DNA of 63,489 nt, filler included, from Actinomycetota bacterium (GCA_025963875.1; 4 parts of 4 records of this genome joined end to end with filler, not necessarily neighbours in it), one strand, 5' to 3'; positions 19,331-29,489 are shown, counted from the first letter of the whole stretch. Notes: generated by a model from the sequence alone, not told the origin. Numbers and translations are program-made.

Positions 19331-19472
19331 GCGGGCTGCCGTTCCCGTGGCCTCTCGACCGCCACTCAATGTGGTTACGGCCCAGAACTCGAAGCGCCAC
19401 CGGGGGGCCTCGTGTAACCAGGGCCACTACTACTCGGTGTAACCAGACAAACCACTACAAAGCGAGGTTCCC

Positions 19473-19883
19473 ATGAGAGCACGTCAACTTGCCGCACTTG
19501 CCTCACTTGCCGCCGCCTCCACCATCACGCTCGCCGCCTGTGCGGGTACGGCGGTGAGCCACGCATCGGCGCCTGCGCCGATGGCCATGCCCGCGGCGAC
19601 GCCGTCCCCCACGTTCGGCGCCCCGGTCGCGGCGACCAGCGTAGTGATCCACAACTTCGCCTTTTCACCGCAGGTCATCACGGTGAAGCCCGGTACCGAG
19701 GTCACGTGGACCAACAGCGACGCCGACGCGCACACCGTGACCTTCGATGCCGACCGCACCGGCTCCCAGGCATTCCAGAACGGCGAGTCGTACCGGCACA
19801 CGTTCACCGCCACCGGCACGTTCCGGTACCACTGCTCGATCCACCCCTACATGGTCGGAGAGGTCGTTGTTGCCAACTCCTGA
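19473..19883 (+). CDS. Cupredoxin (amicyanin/plastocyanin-like) lipoprotein
   Basis: Lipobox LAAC; type-1 copper ligands AHTVT ... YHCSIHPYM. Confidence 0.92.
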   Translation: MRARQLAALASLAAASTITLAACAGTAVSHASAPAPMAMPAATPSPTFGAPVAATSVVIHNFAFSPQVITVKPGTEVTWTNSDADAHTVTFDADRTGSQAFQNGESYRHTFTATGTFRYHCSIHPYMVGEVVVANS

Positions 19884-19899
19884 GCGAAAGGAACGAACG

Positions 19900-20871
19900 A
19901 TGGGAGCATTCAAGTCGGACCCGGCACCGGTTGCGCCCTCGGCGGACTCCGACGGCGTCGACCGGCGAGGGTTCCTCAAATGCATGGCCTGGGCGGGCAC
20001 CGCCACGGTCTGGACGATCTCCGGCGGTTTGCTGTCCTCCTGCGGCATTCAGAAGGCGGCCACCCAGCCGAGCCGCACGAAGGATCTGTACTTCGTCCAG
20101 ATCAGCGACAGCCATATCGGGTTCAAGGGGCCCGCGAACCCCGATGTCACCGGGACCTTCACCCACGCCATCGCCCAGGTCAACGCACTTCCCCACCGGC
20201 CGGCCTTCGTGGCACACACGGGTGACCTCACCCACCTCACCCAGGCCGACGAGTTCGACACCGTCCAGCAGCTGCTCGGCACGCTCAAGACCCCGGAGGT
20301 CCACACCGTCCCCGGCGAGCACGACGCAGTCGGCGACACCAACAACCAGAAGTACCTCAGCTTCTTCGGCAAGAACAGCCGAGGGAACGGCTACTACAGC
20401 TTCGACCTGAACGGCGTCCACTTCCTCTTCCTGGTGAACACCAGCGGGGTCGAGAACTTGGGCGTACTGGGGCGCGAGCAGCTCGACTTCGTCAAGAAGG
20501 ACCTCGCCGGTCGTTCCGCCGACACCCCGCTCGTGGTGTTCAGCCACATCCCGCTGTTCGCCATGTATCCCCAATGGGGTTGGTACACGCACGACTCGAT
20601 GGAGGCGCTGAGCAACATGCGGCGCTTCTCCTCGGTGACGTGCCTCAACGGCCACGTGCACCAACTCATGAGCAAGACGGAGGGCAACATCACCTTCCAC
20701 GCCGCCACCTGCACCGCCTATCCCCTCCCCCATCCCGGAGCTCCGGGCGTGACCGTGCCGCAGCCCGTCGTCCTGCCGGCGGGAGAGCTCTACGGAGCCC
20801 TGGGCATCCGTGAGGCAAGCTACGTCGTCCACCCGGGCACCCTGGCGATAAAAGACGACGGGCTGGTGTGA
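19900..20871 (+). CDS. Tat-exported metallophosphoesterase (CpdA/Icc-like)
   Basis: RRGFLK Tat motif; DSH, HTGDLTH, PGEHD, FSHIP, NGHVH metal-binding motifs. Confidence 0.9.
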   Translation: MGAFKSDPAPVAPSADSDGVDRRGFLKCMAWAGTATVWTISGGLLSSCGIQKAATQPSRTKDLYFVQISDSHIGFKGPANPDVTGTFTHAIAQVNALPHRPAFVAHTGDLTHLTQADEFDTVQQLLGTLKTPEVHTVPGEHDAVGDTNNQKYLSFFGKNSRGNGYYSFDLNGVHFLFLVNTSGVENLGVLGREQLDFVKKDLAGRSADTPLVVFSHIPLFAMYPQWGWYTHDSMEALSNMRRFSSVTCLNGHVHQLMSKTEGNITFHAATCTAYPLPHPGAPGVTVPQPVVLPAGELYGALGIREASYVVHPGTLAIKDDGLV

Positions 20872-20881
20872 CCGCCTCTGG

Positions 20882-20940
20882 CCCTGGCCCGAACTTGGGA
20901 GCCGATCGCGCGTATGCGCGCGCTGGGCTCCCAACCTTCT
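20882..20940. repeat. REP-like palindromic element, copy 1
   Basis: CCCTGGCCCGAACTTGGGAGC-N24-GCTCCCAACCTTCT; near-identical copy at 33478-33536. Confidence 0.85.
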
Positions 20941-20965
20941 ACTCAAGCGCCCTTTTCTGAGTCGG

Positions 20966-22219
20966 TCAGCGACTGCACGCCGCGGCGCGCTCGAGGAGCA
21001 CCGTCCGAACGATGCCGTTCCGGGTCATCGACGCCGCCCGCTCGAACTCGATCCTCGCCTCGTCGAGGCGGCCCAGCTTCACGAGGAGGTCGCCACGCAC
21101 GGTCGGCAGGAGGTGGTAGCCCTTGAGGGAGGGCTCCGAGGTCAGGGCGTCGACGACCTCAAGGCCCACCGCCGGACCGAAGGCCATCGACAGCGCGACC
21201 GCACGGTTCAGCTCGACGACCGGTGACGGCACAAGCTGGGCGAGCCCGTCGTAGAGGGCGGCCATCCGCACCCAGTCCGTCTCCTCCGCAGTGCGGGCCC
21301 GGGCGTGGCAGGCGGCGATGGCTGCCTGCAGGGCGTAGGGGCCGAGCGCAACGCCGAGGGCCTCGGCCCGCTCCAGCGCCGCCAGGCCGCGACCGACGAG
21401 GACCCAGTCCCAGCGGGCGCGGTTCTGGTCGAGCAGCGTGACGGGCTCTCCCGACGGGCCGGTCCGGGCCGCCGAGCGCGACGCCTGGATCTCCATGAGT
21501 GCGACAAGGCCGTGGACCTCCGGCTCGCGAGGAACGAGCTCGGCCAGGATGCGGCCGAGACGGAGCGCCTCCTCGCAGAGCGCAGGCCGCATCAGGTCGT
21601 CGCCCGAGGTGGCCGAGTAGCCCTCGTTGAAGATGAGGTACAGGACCTCGAGCACCGACGACAGGCGTGCGGCGCGCTCGGCCCCGGTGGGGACCTCGAA
21701 GGGGACGTGCGCCTCGGCGAGGGTGCGCTTGGCCCGCACGATCCGCTGCGCGACCGTCGCCTCCGGGGCGAGGTAGGCACGTGCGATCTCGTCGGTCGTG
21801 AGCCCCCCGACGAGGCGCAGCGTGAGCGCCACGCGGGCCTCGGGCGAGAGCACCGGGTGACAGGCGGTGAACATGAGGCGCAGGAGGTCGTCGCCCATGT
21901 CCTCGTCTTCGATCGCGGCGTCGAGATCCGGGACAGCCGTCTCCTGCTGGGCAGCGAGCTCCTCGTGTTTGCGCTCGAGCAGCTTGGCGCGCCGGATCCG
22001 GTCGATCGCACGGTGCTTGCCTGTGGCCATGAGCCAGGCGCCCGGGTTATCCGGGACGCCCGACTCGGGCCACTGTTCCAGGGCAGCGACCAGCGCATCC
22101 TGGGCGAGCTCCTCGGCCAGGCCGATGTCACGCACGATCCGTGCGAGACCTGCCACGAGCTTGGCGGACTCGATCCTCCAGACCGCCTCGATCGCACGAT
22201 GCGTGTCGGCAACCGTCAC
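20966..22219 (-). CDS. ECF42-type sigma factor with C-terminal TPR extension
   Basis: AEELAQDALVAALEQWP, DDLLRLMFTACHP, YLIFNEGY, GPYALQAAIAACHA; paired with a DGPF protein. Confidence 0.92.
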   Translation of the reverse strand: MTVADTHRAIEAVWRIESAKLVAGLARIVRDIGLAEELAQDALVAALEQWPESGVPDNPGAWLMATGKHRAIDRIRRAKLLERKHEELAAQQETAVPDLDAAIEDEDMGDDLLRLMFTACHPVLSPEARVALTLRLVGGLTTDEIARAYLAPEATVAQRIVRAKRTLAEAHVPFEVPTGAERAARLSSVLEVLYLIFNEGYSATSGDDLMRPALCEEALRLGRILAELVPREPEVHGLVALMEIQASRSAARTGPSGEPVTLLDQNRARWDWVLVGRGLAALERAEALGVALGPYALQAAIAACHARARTAEETDWVRMAALYDGLAQLVPSPVVELNRAVALSMAFGPAVGLEVVDALTSEPSLKGYHLLPTVRGDLLVKLGRLDEARIEFERAASMTRNGIVRTVLLERAAACSR

Positions 22220-22671
22220 CTCAGAGCTTGCGCCGCCCTCGCCTGCAGGTCGTCGCGGAGCTCCTGCTCCCGGGCGGCTTCATCGGCGGGGAAGATCTCC
22301 GGCGGGAAGTCGGACGCCTCGTAGACCTGGCGGATCTCGATCTCGGCCTCCACGTCCTCGCCCATGGGGTCAGGACAGCGCTTGACCCACTCGATCGCTT
22401 CTTCCTTCGACTTCGCCTGGATGAGCCAGAAGCCCGCGACCAGCTCCTTCGCCTCGGCGAATGGCCCGTCAGTCACGGTACGCTTGCCGCCCGAGAACTT
22501 GACGCGGGCCCCCTTCGAGCTCGGCTGCAGCCCTTCGCCGGCGAGCATCACCCCTGCCTTCACCATCTCCTCGTTGTACCGCCCCATGGCGGCAAAGAGC
22601 TCCTTGCTCCCCTCGGGGAAAATGCCGGCCTCGGTGGTCTTCGTCGCCTTCAACATCACCATGAACCGCAT
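22216..22671 (-). CDS. YCII-related/DGPF protein
   Basis: MRFMVMLKA...VTDGPFAEAKELVAGFWLIQ...IEIRQV; RBS GAGGAGG upstream of ATG 22671. Confidence 0.92.
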   Translation of the reverse strand: MRFMVMLKATKTTEAGIFPEGSKELFAAMGRYNEEMVKAGVMLAGEGLQPSSKGARVKFSGGKRTVTDGPFAEAKELVAGFWLIQAKSKEEAIEWVKRCPDPMGEDVEAEIEIRQVYEASDFPPEIFPADEAAREQELRDDLQARAAQALR

Positions 22672-22710
22672 CCTCGTGCCTCCTCTCGTTAGCCCTGCTT
22701 CTACTATCAC

Positions 22711-22737
22711 GTCGAACGGGGCGCCCCGGGATCGACA
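22711..22737 (-). promoter_or_regulatory. ECF42-type autoregulatory promoter
   Basis: Minus strand TGTCGA-N17-CGAC upstream of the DGPF-ECF42 operon, matching the ECF42 consensus TGTCGA / CG(A/T)C. Confidence 0.75.
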
Positions 22738-22779
22738 CGGCGGTGATCTTTTTTCGGTCCGTCGCCGAGAATGGGCCGC

Positions 22780-23802
22780 ATGCGGGTCGCGATGCTGGCG
22801 CCGATCTCGTGGCGGGTCCCTCCCCGCCACTACGGGCCGTGGGAGCGGTTCGTCTCGCTGCTCACCGAGGGCCTGGTGGCGAGGGGCCTCGACGTCACCC
22901 TCTTCGCCACGGGCGACTCCGTCACGACGGCCCGGCTGGCCTCCGTGGTGGAGCGGGGATGGTCGGAGGACCCCGCCCTGGACGCCAAGGTGGCGGAATG
23001 CCTCCACATCGCCGCGGTCTTCGAGCGGGCGGCGGCCGGAGAGTTCGACCTCATCCACAACAGCTTCGACTTCCTGCCGCTGAGCTACAGCGGGCTCGTT
23101 GCGACGCCCGTGCTCACCACGATCCACGGCTTCTCGTCGCCGAGGATCGTCCCGGTGTACGAGAAGTACAACCGCACGGGCGCCTACGTCGCCATCAGCA
23201 ACGCCGACCGCCATCCCAGCCTCGACTACCTGGCCACCATCTATCACGGCATCGACACCGACGCCTTCCACCTCCATCCGGCACCGGGCGGGTACCTGCT
23301 CTTCTTCGGACGGATCCATCCGGACAAGGGGGCGGCGGAGGCCATCGAGGTCGCCGCCCGGGTCGGGATGCCCCTGGTCATCGGCGGCATCGTCCAGGAC
23401 CAGGCCTACTTCGACGCCCGGGTGGCGCCCCACATCGACGGCGAGCGGGTGCGGTTCCTCGGCCCCGTCGGGGCGGGGGAACGGGCGGAGGTCCTCGGGG
23501 GGGCGGCGGCGCTGCTCCACCTGATCGGCTTCGACGAGCCCTTCGGGCTGAGCGTCGTCGAGGCCATGGCGTGCGGGACGCCCGTCGTCGCCTTCCGGCG
23601 CGGCTCCATGGCGGAGCTCATCGACGACGGGCGGACGGGGTTCCTCGTGGACACGATCGAGGAGGCGGTGGCGGCGGTGGCTCCCGCCGGGCGCGTCGAC
23701 CGCCAGGCCATCCGCAGCGTGGCGGTGGCCCGCTTCGGGGTGGACCGGATGGTCGACGAGTACGTCGCTGCCTACGGCAAGCTGCTCACTAGAGAGGGGT
23801 AA
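22780..23802 (+). CDS. GT4 glycosyltransferase
   Basis: MRVAMLAPISWRVPPRHYGPWE, GRIHPDKG, EPFGLSVVEAMACGTPV. Confidence 0.92.
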   Translation: MRVAMLAPISWRVPPRHYGPWERFVSLLTEGLVARGLDVTLFATGDSVTTARLASVVERGWSEDPALDAKVAECLHIAAVFERAAAGEFDLIHNSFDFLPLSYSGLVATPVLTTIHGFSSPRIVPVYEKYNRTGAYVAISNADRHPSLDYLATIYHGIDTDAFHLHPAPGGYLLFFGRIHPDKGAAEAIEVAARVGMPLVIGGIVQDQAYFDARVAPHIDGERVRFLGPVGAGERAEVLGGAAALLHLIGFDEPFGLSVVEAMACGTPVVAFRRGSMAELIDDGRTGFLVDTIEEAVAAVAPAGRVDRQAIRSVAVARFGVDRMVDEYVAAYGKLLTREG

Positions 23803-24157
23803 CCGGCCCGCCGGGGCCGGCATGGTAGTCTCGGAAGAGAGGGAGAAGCCGGAATCGTATCATTTAAGAGATTCCCGCAGTCGCCCCATATGGCTCCAAA
23901 TTCGGATCCAAGGGATCCGAGCCGAGCATGAGAACCGTCGAAGAAGAGCGCAGCTCGGGCGGAGAAGCTCTCAGGGCTCGGTCTGAGATACGGGCCGGGT
24001 AGAACGCCCGGCGCCTCACTCCGACGCGGTGGCCGCCGTCTTCGGTGTCGCAAGCGTGTAGGGGCATCCGCTCCGACCGTCAATGCTTCGGGCAGTTGTT
24101 CCCGTGGGTTCACAACCCCGCGGCGACGAACGGCCCGACCCTAGGACCGGAGGATGA

Positions 24158-25297
24158 ATGACCACAACCACCTACGGGCTGCTGAGCACGTACCCGCCCA
24201 CCCAGTGCGGCTTGGCCACCTTCACGGCCGCGCTCCGGACGCATCTCGGCGGCCCGGGGGCACGCTCCGAGGACTTCGGCGTCGTGCGCGTGGTCGACCA
24301 GCTCGAGTCAGGGTCGCCGCCTGAGGTCGTGCACGATCTGCTGAAGGGCTCCCCATCGAGCCGGCGCAGGGCAGCGGCGGAGCTCAACGAGTTCGATGTC
24401 GCCATCGTGCAGCACGAGTACGGCATCTTCGGCGGCCCCGACGGCGACGAGGTCCTCGCCCTCCTCGCGGAGCTGACCGTGCCGTCCATCGTAGTGCTCC
24501 ATACGGTCCTGGTGAACCCCACGGATCGCCAGAAGGAGATCCTGGAGGCCGTCGTACGGGCCGCCGACGCCGTGGTCACGATGACGCGCACCGCCTACCG
24601 GCGCCTGCGCGACTACGAGGTCGACATGACGAAGGCATCGGTCATCCCCCATGGAGCCCACGTGCCCTCGCCGGCCATCGCCGCCCGCCCCGACGCCGCC
24701 CGTCCCACCATTCTCACCTGGGGACTGCTCGGGCCGGGGAAGGGCATCGAGTGGGCCATCGAGGCGATCGGCATGCTGGGCCATCTGGACCCCGCCCCGA
24801 GGTACCTGGTGGTGGGCAAGACCCACCCCAAGGTGCTGGAGCGCCACGGAGAGTCCTACCGCGACAGCCTCAGGGACCAGGCCGAACGCCTCGGCGTGTC
24901 GGAGCAGGTCGAGTTCAACGCCGCCTACCTGAGCCTCGATGCCCTGGAGAGCATCGTGCGCGACGCAGACGTCGTCCTGCTCCCCTACGATTCGCCCGAC
25001 CAGGTGACGTCCGGCGTGCTGATCGAGGCCGTCGCCGCCGGCAAGCCGGTGATCTCCTCCCGCTTCCCCCACGCCGTGGAGATGCTGGGCGACGGCGTGG
25101 GCCTCCTCGTCCCCCACCGCAACCCCCAGGCGATCGCCGCCGCGCTGGAGCAGGTGCTGACGCAGCCTGACCTGAAATCCACCATGGCCGCCCGGTCCGC
25201 TCTTCTGTCCCCGCTGCTGGGGTGGCCGGCCGTGGCCGGACAGTACCGAGCGCTGGCAGAGCAGGTCGTCGCCCTGCGCGTGACCGCCGTGGCTTGA
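24158..25297 (+). CDS. GT4 glycosyltransferase
   Basis: STYPPTQCGLATFT, QHEYGIFGG, GLLGPGKGIE, QVTSGVL; RBS GGAGG. Confidence 0.92.
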   Translation: MTTTTYGLLSTYPPTQCGLATFTAALRTHLGGPGARSEDFGVVRVVDQLESGSPPEVVHDLLKGSPSSRRRAAAELNEFDVAIVQHEYGIFGGPDGDEVLALLAELTVPSIVVLHTVLVNPTDRQKEILEAVVRAADAVVTMTRTAYRRLRDYEVDMTKASVIPHGAHVPSPAIAARPDAARPTILTWGLLGPGKGIEWAIEAIGMLGHLDPAPRYLVVGKTHPKVLERHGESYRDSLRDQAERLGVSEQVEFNAAYLSLDALESIVRDADVVLLPYDSPDQVTSGVLIEAVAAGKPVISSRFPHAVEMLGDGVGLLVPHRNPQAIAAALEQVLTQPDLKSTMAARSALLSPLLGWPAVAGQYRALAEQVVALRVTAVA

Positions 25298-26319
25298 GCC
25301 GAGCCGCCATCTCCTTCGCCCATCTGCTCCGGATGAGCGACGACACCGGCCTCCTGGAGCACGCCCGTGGCGCCATCCCCCGGCGCCGGTGTGGCTACTG
25401 CGTCGACGACGTCGCCCGCGGTCTTGTCGTCGTCAGCCGCGAGGAGGACCCCGCGCCCGAGGTTGCCACGGTGGGCGAGCGCTACCTGGCCTTCCTGTCG
25501 CATGCCCTGGCGCCGGACGGAACGTGCCACAACCGGCTCGGCTACGACCGCCGCTGGGAGGACGAGCCGGGCAACGGCGACTGGTGGGGCAGGGCCCTCT
25601 GGGGACTGGGCACCGCCGCTGCCCTCCATCGCGACGCCTGGGTGCGCCGCGACGCCCTGGACTGCTTCGAGGTCGGCGCCCGGTGCCGCTCGATCTCGCC
25701 ACGGGCGATGGGCTTCGCCACGCTGGGGGCCGCCGAGCTCCTCCGCAGCCACCCCTCGCATGCCGGCGCCCGCTCGCTCATCGTGGACGCCGTCGAGACG
25801 ATCGGCCGCCCGGCGGATCCGTCGACGTGGCCCTGGCCGGCGCCGCGCCTTGCCTATGCCAACGCCGTGCTGCCCGAAGCGCTGATCGCGGCAGGGGTGG
25901 CCACCGGTGACGAGGCGCTCCTGGCCGGTGGTCTGGACCTCCTCGGCTGGCTCCTCGACATCGAGACGCGCGGCGATCACCTCTCGCTCACGCCCGTCGG
26001 CGGCTGGGCTCCCGGGGAGGCCCGGCCCGGCTTCGATCAACAGCCCATCGAGGCCGCCGCCGTCGCCGATGCATGCGCCCGTGCGCTCGCCGTCACCCGG
26101 GACCCCCGTTGGTCGGCCGGGATCGACCTTGCCGTGGGGTGGTTCCTCGGGAACAACGACAGCGGGGTGCCGATGTACGATCCCGAAACGGGCGGCGGCT
26201 TCGACGGACTCAGTGCGACCGGCCGCAATGCCAACCAGGGCGCGGAATCCACCCTGGCCCTCATCTCAACGATGCAGCAGAGCCGTAAACTGGTTCCAGC
26301 CATGCCTTCGACTCGTTGA
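25294..26319 (+). CDS. Six-hairpin glycosidase-like protein (GT4-associated domain)
   Basis: HLLRMSDDTGLLEHA, GYCVDDVAR, FDQQPIE, WFLGNND, NQGAESTL; TTGA overlap with upstream stop. Confidence 0.85.
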   Translation: MSRAAISFAHLLRMSDDTGLLEHARGAIPRRRCGYCVDDVARGLVVVSREEDPAPEVATVGERYLAFLSHALAPDGTCHNRLGYDRRWEDEPGNGDWWGRALWGLGTAAALHRDAWVRRDALDCFEVGARCRSISPRAMGFATLGAAELLRSHPSHAGARSLIVDAVETIGRPADPSTWPWPAPRLAYANAVLPEALIAAGVATGDEALLAGGLDLLGWLLDIETRGDHLSLTPVGGWAPGEARPGFDQQPIEAAAVADACARALAVTRDPRWSAGIDLAVGWFLGNNDSGVPMYDPETGGGFDGLSATGRNANQGAESTLALISTMQQSRKLVPAMPSTR

Positions 26320-26361
26320 ATCCCATCCAGATCCACTTCAAATCGCAGAGAGACCACTGAG

Positions 26362-27858
26362 ATGCCACTGAGCGACACGATCGCGTCGTCCGTCCTCCTG
26401 ACGAGGACACCCGTGCGGCTCGAGCCCGACCCGTCGCGGGTCCTCGCGACCCTGTTCATGCCGGGCGAGGAGATGCCGGAGGACCACTCGCGGGCCACGG
26501 CGGTACTCGACCGGGTCATGGCGCTGTCCGACGACGAGGTGGCGGCAACGCTGGCCGACCTCTCCAGCCGTTTCGCCGGGCGCCACCGCGACATCGACAC
26601 CGTGTTTCGACGCCACTTCGACGTCGTCGCCTCACGCCTGGCATCCGACGCCGAACCGTCGGACGACAGACGCCGGCTCATCGGCGCCTACTTCACCCAC
26701 GAAGAGGCGACCGAGGGCGCCGCCTTCACCAATCCCTCCATGGTCGAGCATCCCGACCAGAGCGGCCTCGGCCCGGGCCAGACCCGGTTCGTGTTGAGCG
26801 CCAGGGCAGTCGGCGAAGGTCACACCTCGGTCCTCGAGTTCCGCACCGGCACCATCGGCGCCGACCTCCAGATCTCGCTCACCAAACCCAGAGGCCGGCT
26901 CATCGCTGGGCAGCCGGGCCCGACGGTCTACGAACGGGACGCCTTCCACGCCCTGCTCGCCGAGCTGGGCAGCGACGACGAGACCGCGCAGCTTGTCCTC
27001 GGGGCCCTCGGCCCCCAATTCGACGCGGCGGAGCTCGATCGGGCAGTCGCCGCCCTCGATCGCCACGTCCTGAGCCGGACGGCGGCACGGGAGACCGTCG
27101 GGCGCATCGGCTGGTTGGCCGCCAACAACTACGACGTCAGCTTCCCGGACGACACCGCAATCGACCAGCGGGTGCTCACGCCCACCGGATCGACGGAGAG
27201 TCACGGGATCGAAGACGCCCGCCTCGTGCGGTTCGTCAACGACGACGGCAGCGCCACGTACTACGCGACCTACACGGCCTACGACGGCAGCCGGGTGCAG
27301 CCGCAGCTCCTCGCCACATCGGACTTCCGGACGTTCCGGGCGCACCAACTGAGCGGGACGTCCGCCCGGAACAAGGGCATGGCGCTGTTCCCGAGGCGCA
27401 TCGGGGGGCGGTACCTGAGCCTTTCCCGGTGGGACCGCGAGTCGATCTCGCTGGCCAGCTCGGACGACCTCTGGAGCTGGGGTCCCCCCACCACGGTCCA
27501 GCGCCCGGAGTATCCGTGGGACCTGATCCAGATGGGCAACTGCGGCTCGCCGATCGAGACATCCGCGGGCTGGCTGGTCCTCACCCACGGCGTCGGGCCG
27601 ATGCGCACCTATGCCATCGGAGCCACCCTGCTGGACCTCGACGACCCGAGCCGGCTGGTCGCCACCCTCCCCGAGCCACTCGTGACGGCGACGCCCGAGG
27701 AGCGGGACGGCTACGTGCCCAACGTGGTCTACACCTGCGGGGGCATGGTCCACGGCGAGGCGCTGGTGCTGCCCTACGGCTACGGCGACCGGGCCATCGG
27801 CATCGCCCTCGTCGATCTCCCGACCCTGCTGGACCGCCTACGCAGCTCGGCTCGCTGA
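26362..27858 (+). CDS. GH130 glycoside phosphorylase/hydrolase
   Basis: NPS, GIEDAR, TYTAYDG, NKGMALFP, THGVG, GYVPNVVY motifs. Confidence 0.9.
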   Translation: MPLSDTIASSVLLTRTPVRLEPDPSRVLATLFMPGEEMPEDHSRATAVLDRVMALSDDEVAATLADLSSRFAGRHRDIDTVFRRHFDVVASRLASDAEPSDDRRRLIGAYFTHEEATEGAAFTNPSMVEHPDQSGLGPGQTRFVLSARAVGEGHTSVLEFRTGTIGADLQISLTKPRGRLIAGQPGPTVYERDAFHALLAELGSDDETAQLVLGALGPQFDAAELDRAVAALDRHVLSRTAARETVGRIGWLAANNYDVSFPDDTAIDQRVLTPTGSTESHGIEDARLVRFVNDDGSATYYATYTAYDGSRVQPQLLATSDFRTFRAHQLSGTSARNKGMALFPRRIGGRYLSLSRWDRESISLASSDDLWSWGPPTTVQRPEYPWDLIQMGNCGSPIETSAGWLVLTHGVGPMRTYAIGATLLDLDDPSRLVATLPEPLVTATPEERDGYVPNVVYTCGGMVHGEALVLPYGYGDRAIGIALVDLPTLLDRLRSSAR

Positions 27859-28041
27859 TCGCTCGCGGCCCCCAAAAGGGCCGAAGGTGTCGGACTGGGG
27901 CATCTGAGGCGGAATCTGCTACCGTGGTAGTGGTTGTGGAATCGGTTTCGTTGGGGCACCCAAGAGTAGACAGCTCTGCCTTATCTGGACCCGAACTGCA
28001 GCACATTGGCCGCTTCGGCGGCATGAAGGGAGGGCATAGAT

Positions 28042-28239
28042 ATGCGTGGAACTGTCAAGTGGTTCAGTGACGAAAAAGGCTTCGGGTTCATCTCACAAGA
28101 TGGAGGCGAGGACCTCTTCGTGCATCACACCGGTATCCTCGGAACAGGATTCAAGTCACTTTCCGAGAACCAGGTCGTCGAATTTGAAGTCAACCAGGGC
28201 CCCAAGGGCCTGCAGGCGACTAACGTTCGACCCGTGTAG
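28042..28239 (+). CDS. cspA: Cold-shock protein
   Basis: [38 protein letters not shown]. Confidence 0.97.
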   Translation: MRGTVKWFSDEKGFGFISQDGGEDLFVHHTGILGTGFKSLSENQVVEFEVNQGPKGLQATNVRPV

Positions 28240-28261
28240 GACCCAAATCCAACACGAAAAC

Positions 28262-28287
28262 CAGGAGGGGCCTTCGGGCCCCTCCTG
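28262..28287 (+). terminator. Hairpin terminator after cspA
   Basis: CAGGAGGGGCC-TTCG-GGCCCCTCCTG perfect 11-bp stem with cUUCGg loop; weak U-tract. Confidence 0.8.
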
Positions 28288-28320
28288 TCTCGTTCCGGAC
28301 CCGGCATACTTGTGCACCAG

Positions 28321-28356
28321 CACTCGGCTCGCTCGGCTCGCTCGTCTCACTCGGCT
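28321..28356 (+). repeat. 9-bp tandem repeat x4
   Basis: CACTCGGCT CGCTCGGCT CGCTCGTCT CACTCGGCT immediately before an RBS (GGAGG). Confidence 0.8.
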
Positions 28357-28371
28357 CGGGAGGTGGCTGCT

Positions 28372-28604
28372 GTGATCTTTGGGGATGGGATCATCGGTCT
28401 TGCTCTGCTGGGCCTCTGGATCTTCTGCATCCTGGACGTGATCTCGACCGATGAGGTCCTCTGCCGGAACCTACCGAAGTTCTTCTGGCTGTTCATCGTG
28501 ATCATCCTGCCCGACATCGGGTCCGTCGCCTGGCTCGTGCTCGGCCGGCCGCTCGGAGCCGGCTTCCGGCTCGGGTCGCAGGTCGGCGTCTACAAGCCGC
28601 AGAA
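28372..28604 (+). CDS. PLDc_N-domain membrane protein (3'-truncated by contig end)
   Basis: LWIFCILDVISTDEVLCRNLPKFFWLFIVIILPDIGSVAWLVLGRP. Confidence 0.8.
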
Positions 28605-28704
28605 NNNNNNNNNNNNNNNNNNNNNNNNNNNNNNNNNNNNNNNNNNNNTTAATTAATTAANNNNNNNNNNNNNNNNNNNNNNNNNNNNNNNNNNNNNNNN
28701 NNNN
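28605..28704. other. Artificial contig linker
   Basis: N44-TTAATTAATTAA-N44; stops in all six frames. Confidence 0.98.
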
Positions 28705-28756
28705 TCTGCGCGCCCTTCTCCTTAAACTTAGGTGCGAGGGAAAGGGGGAACGCTCG

Positions 28757-29128
28757 ATGGCCAGCATTGCGCCGTGGCTCTCGGTGAAGAACGCGACGGA
28801 GGCCGTCTCCTACTACCAGGCTGCGTTCGGAGCCGTCGAGCTGGAACGCCTCGAGGATGAAGCGGGGGACGTGCTTGTCGCTCAGCTCTCGATCGACGGA
28901 GCCGACTTCTGGGTTGCCACCGACGCCGCATCCAGTCCGGAAGCGGTCGACGGTCGGTCCGTTCGCATGATCCTGAGCGTTGACGACCCGGACTCGGTCT
29001 TCGCGAGCGCCGTGGCCGCCGGAGCAACCGAGGTCGCACCGGTCTCCGAAGACTACGGCTGGAGAATTGGGCGCATCGCCGACCCTTGCGGGCACCATTG
29101 GGAGATAGGCAGGAGGCTTGCGACCTGA
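28757..29128 (+). CDS. VOC/glyoxalase (PhnB-like) protein
   Basis: IAPWLSV...AVSYYQAAFGA, GWRIGRIADPCGHHWEI. Confidence 0.9.
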   Translation: MASIAPWLSVKNATEAVSYYQAAFGAVELERLEDEAGDVLVAQLSIDGADFWVATDAASSPEAVDGRSVRMILSVDDPDSVFASAVAAGATEVAPVSEDYGWRIGRIADPCGHHWEIGRRLAT

Positions 29129-29489
29129 GTTCGGCGGGACATACACGGGACACGCACAGGCAGGGGTAACCTGGCAGGGCTGGGACTGGGGGATGGACCT
29201 CCCGGTATTGAGGTCATCTCCATCGCTGGCTATCCAGCGGGCAAGGCAGTCGGTGCAACCACCCTGAACCTCGTCCTGTTCACGGGCGACGAGAACATGG
29301 GCTGGCTGGCGGCGATGCCGCTTTCCTAGTGCTGCCGCGGTCCGGACTGGTGGGGACACCTCGGGACCGGAGCGTTTCCTCCGGGGCTGTGAGAACTGGC
29401 CGGATGTGGGTTTGGTTCAACGGTCTGGCGGCCGTCAACGGGTGTCGCGGGTGCGGGCAAACGGCTCAACCGATTTTCTGGTCTCTCAA

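Noticed and set aside
22672..23823. 535-aa fusion ORF ending in the DGPF domain
   Set aside because: The upstream part is antisense to a GT4 gene; a proper RBS, ATG (22671) and ECF42 promoter define the short gene.
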